DNA of 63,931 nt, filler included, from Rhabdomonas costata (lineage: Eukaryota): the NCBI GenBank assembly GCA_019059605.1. It is 46 parts of 46 records of this genome, joined end to end, with 100 filler letters (N's around TTAATTAATTAA, not from the genome) between each part and the next. Parts side by side here need not be neighbours in the genome. Positions count along the whole stretch, not along the records: positions 59,858 to 61,148 come from JAHMHO010020452.1; positions 61,249 to 62,540 come from JAHMHO010020453.1; positions 62,641 to 63,931 come from JAHMHO010020454.1; 43 more parts are not named here. One strand, written 5' to 3'. Position 1 is the first letter of the stretch. Every line of letters begins with the position of its first letter. Both the position numbers and the translations under genes were made by a program. A model generated the notes under the pieces. It was not told the origin of the DNA. It saw nothing but the letters and a program-made list of their open reading frames with translations, and ran no database searches. Positions 60,861 to 63,931 of this stretch are shown piece by piece.

Positions 60861-61744
60861 GCACGAACTTGCTCGTTGCGGGGGAGGGGGGGGGGCTGTC
60901 CCGTTGTCTCCCACCAAGTGCCGCTTCGCTTTTGTTTATGTGCACTGCTTTGGCTATTGTGTGAAGGGTGGGCGGGTGGTGGATGGGTGGTTCTATTGAG
61001 GGGTCGTCACTGCGAGCTTGGACCATGATTGCAGGAATTTAACTCAGAACCAAAACCAGAAAGGGGGAACCCGCCCAAGGCTGCCTCTATCTCCCCTCGT
61101 AAACAAAAAACGCTCAAAAATCACAACCCCCACCAAACACACCAACACNNNNNNNNNNNNNNNNNNNNNNNNNNNNNNNNNNNNNNNNNNNNTTAATTAA
61201 TTAANNNNNNNNNNNNNNNNNNNNNNNNNNNNNNNNNNNNNNNNNNNNGTGGGGTTTGGTTAACTGTGCACAGCACTGTTGGCATGGCAGTCTCCAGGGT
61301 CACATGGTTGAAAATATAGGAGAAAGGGAGGAGAGAAAGGAAAAAAGATTTGGCCGAAGAGGTGAGGAAAGTAAACACAGAAAGAGAAAGACTACGTGGC
61401 GATACAGGAGAAAGTACAGATATAATAAAGAGCTCGGGCAGCGTCAGCGAGAGAGAGAGAGAGAGAGAGCGAGAAAACGCAGCAAGTACAGTCACCCCGA
61501 CACGTTCTCCGCGAAAAAGCGTGAAAGACCAGAACCCGAAAAAAGTGTTGGAAGAGAGGAGAAAAGGCAAAGTTTCCTAAAAATTCTTTCTTAAAAATAA
61601 AGGGAAACAGTGCAAAAGGACGGCAAAGGACGAGTTTTGTTGGTTCTTCATTAAGAATATGTTAAAACGCAGAAACACAGATCCATAGTTCAAAGGATCC
61701 GGGCTGCTAGCCAGATAACGCATTGGGAAGGGAGGCATACATCG

Positions 61745-62535
61745 CTTGCAGCACTCACTCTGTGTGCAGTTCAAGACTGAGGCGCAGGTGGACCCGGTGA
61801 GGTCAGACTTCAGCACAAGGCCCGATCGGCATGTTACCACTGGAGAGTCGGAGCAGGTCCGTGCTAAAAGGAATAACGGGAAACCCGCCCGAGCTACTTG
61901 CTATTTGCACACGGGAAAGCATCAGACACCTGGGTGAGGCACCGTTAGAGGGCCGATACGTAATAATGGAGAGCAGCGCTCGCTCCTTGGTGGACCCCAC
62001 ACCCTACAGTGGCATACATTTGAAAATATTTGCCAGACAGAAACCATCAAGGCAAAGACTCATCAAATAACCAGAAGGTTCGCAGGACTCACAGCCGTTC
62101 GTAAGCATTGCCCGGTGGTTTGTGAAATGGAAAAGCCACGAACACCGGCAGCGGAACGGCACTTGAGTGGAAGTCAGAGTGAGTCAGAGTGTCAGAGTGT
62201 GTGAGCCAGAGAAATGCACAAGCAACAAAAAGGTGCGTGAGAATCTAGAGCAGAGAACGTAGTGAACGGGACGCACTCGACCTTTACGCGACCTTTGGCA
62301 CGTGCACGAAGACAAGGATGCTAGCAGAGGGCAGGGAGGAGACTGCGCCGTGACAGAAAAACAAAGTGCAGGCACAAAATGCAGGGATCCATACGGCAGA
62401 GTTCCGTGTTACACGACGAGGTGAGGACTTCGTTGGCGGAGTAGTTGCACTGCGCCCCGCCGTTGGCTTCAGGAGTAAGCACGAAGAAGGTCTGTGATTG
62501 CACCCCAGAGCCGCAGCTCTGGGGTGCAATCACAA
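61745..62535 (-). CDS. Thrombospondin type-1/spondin-like and Cys-rich surface protein fragment
   Basis: Exon to 62395: SCGSGVQSQTFFVLTPEANGGAQC...SCNTELC (TSP1). A later exon reads TCSDSPVVTCRSG...CASVLNCTQSECC. Middle exons are uncertain. Confidence 0.7.
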
Positions 62536-62640
62536 CCCCCNNNNNNNNNNNNNNNNNNNNNNNNNNNNNNNNNNNNNNNNNNNNTTAATTAATTAANNNN
62601 NNNNNNNNNNNNNNNNNNNNNNNNNNNNNNNNNNNNNNNN

Positions 62641-62894
62641 CGGTACTGATTGGAGAGATGGGGGTGGGCAAGAAGAAGCTCCAGGGCGGCCGAGGAGATG
62701 GTGTCGGGAAGAGTGGGAGGAACCTGCGGGGCGAGAGAAATGGTGAGGGCGGCGAACTTCGCCTCAAGGTAGAGCTTGGAGACAGAGAACTGCGTCTGTA
62801 GCTCGACGTGACTCTGCTGAAGGGACTGCTGGGAAGCCTTATTCTGCTCCACAGCAGCGAGGATGTGCTGCAACAGGGTGTTGGGATCCGTCAT
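62641..62894 (-). CDS. N-terminus of an unknown coiled-coil protein (could be a retroelement ORF1/gag start)
   Basis: MTDPNTLLQHILAAVEQNKASQQSLQQSHVELQTQF... is open to the contig end. Confidence 0.35.
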
Positions 62895-63931
62895 CGCCGA
62901 GCCCAAAAGAGGCACTGACACGTGTCTACAAAAAGAATGATGCTGGTGGGAAAGAGAGAGAAGAAAAACATCAGTAAATTGTTTCCTAAGTTTCATAAAC
63001 AAAGACCAAAGAATGTTTGTACAGTCCACGGAATTGAACAAATGGCAACTAAAACAACAATGATTGTTCTCCAGCACGGTGGCATTGGACCACTATTGAT
63101 TTGCAAAGCGAGCAGTCGTGCGTAGTATAAACTCGTAAATGATCAAAACCACCAGCAGCGCGCGCCACGTATGTTTGACGCAAATAATATGTGACCCAAT
63201 CCCTATTTTTCAAAGCCGACCGAACAAAAAACGACCAAATTTCTGCTGACTCCCGGAAAAGTTGCCTGAAAAATTTTCCGGCAAGAAACTGAAACGAACA
63301 TGCGACAAGGAAGGCATAAAGGCAAAAACAATGAATCGAATTCTCGAAGAAGGAATTTGGGGGTCTGCAGCCTGTGCTGCCAGATTTTGCGGTAGCGCCG
63401 CTTCGGGAATCGGTCCTGCCGAAGGGCCCGGTCGGCTTTGTCCCGGTTGGTTGGCCGCATCATTTCCGAAAAGGTCAGCCCTTGGCTTTGCGGTACTCAC
63501 ATCCGGAGTTATTCAACAGCCAGCATTTGCGCCCATTTTTGTCCCAATGTGACCTGGGTCGCTTACACGACTAGTTGCGACACGAACCCGGCCACAGCAC
63601 TGACGGATAAAAGGAATTTCAAATAAGGCATGGTGGGGCAGCGTGAAACCAAGCCGATGTGAGCGGCATTTTCCTCTGTGGTATTTCGGCTGTCAGCAGT
63701 GTTTCTAAGACAATCGCCATCCTGTCACAATGAGATCGTCATCATACCCGCGAGTAGCATTTCGAGCTATTTCGCGTAACAACTCAGGCAGTGCCCCAGC
63801 AACGAAACAAAGTAGCGACTTTTTGGAGCAGCATGTCCTGGAAATCGACGAGGGGACCAGAAGAAGGGCAGGGAAGGCACGCACTCTCCAAAAAGAGCGC
63901 GGGCTAACTCTCGGCAGGACGCTGCAGCACA

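Larger units (their letters stand above)
1294..62640. other. 45 artificial contig-joining spacers (N44-TTAATTAATTAA-N44) separating 46 unrelated ~1.29-kb contigs
   Basis: Identical 100-nt spacer recurs about every 1391-1392 nt (first 1294-1393, last 62541-62640). TTAATTAATTAA puts a stop in all six frames. Gene fragments are cut at the spacers. Confidence 0.99.

Noticed and set aside
1294-62640. Regularly spaced identical TTAATTAATTAA motif resembling a CRISPR or satellite array
   Set aside because: Each copy sits inside N runs. It is a six-frame-stop linker, and the period reflects length-sorted contigs.
1-63931. A gene cluster or operon-like system across adjacent genes (e.g. NIT, PstS-like, kinase)
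   Set aside because: Adjacent contigs are ordered by size, so neighbourhood carries no biological information.

Overview
This window is not one locus. It is 46 unrelated contigs of about 1.29 kb joined by an artificial 100-nt spacer (N44-TTAATTAATTAA-N44, stops in all six frames), so neighbouring contigs carry no linkage information. Most contigs come from an intron-rich flagellated eukaryote with many (GT)n tracts. Its 5' splice sites are mostly GT-N-Y rather than GTRAG and include GC donors, which suggests a euglenid (inference). Spliced fragments reconstructed by hand include GALT, an alpha-kinase, CFAP100-like, RUVBL1, a ubiquitin-like E1, a dynein intermediate chain, a DHHC palmitoyltransferase, disintegrin-like and TSP1 surface proteins, a PstS-like domain, a TRIP12/UPL3-like E3, NYN+RRM, a PPR-like protein, a bromodomain, a NIT domain, MUTYH, RNF170-like, TAF13-like, a SNF1/CIPK-like kinase, XRN, importin-11 and a secreted chagasin(I42)-papain fusion. 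The best leads are: (1) two AT-rich, apparently intronless contigs (12533-13824, 38978-40268) that read as protein-like in one frame if all three stop codons are sense (TGA=Trp, TAA/TAG probably Glu, as in Blastocrithidia), pointing to a second organism; (2) the I42-papain fusion; (3) a bacterial-like GALT with spliceosomal introns; (4) diverged NIT and PstS-like sensor domains; (5) a possible non-conventional intron; (6) a decayed Penelope-like RT and a decayed J-domain. Family calls rest on motif recognition from memory; no searches were run. Contig-end fold-backs and A/C-rich tails are treated as library or sequencing artefacts.
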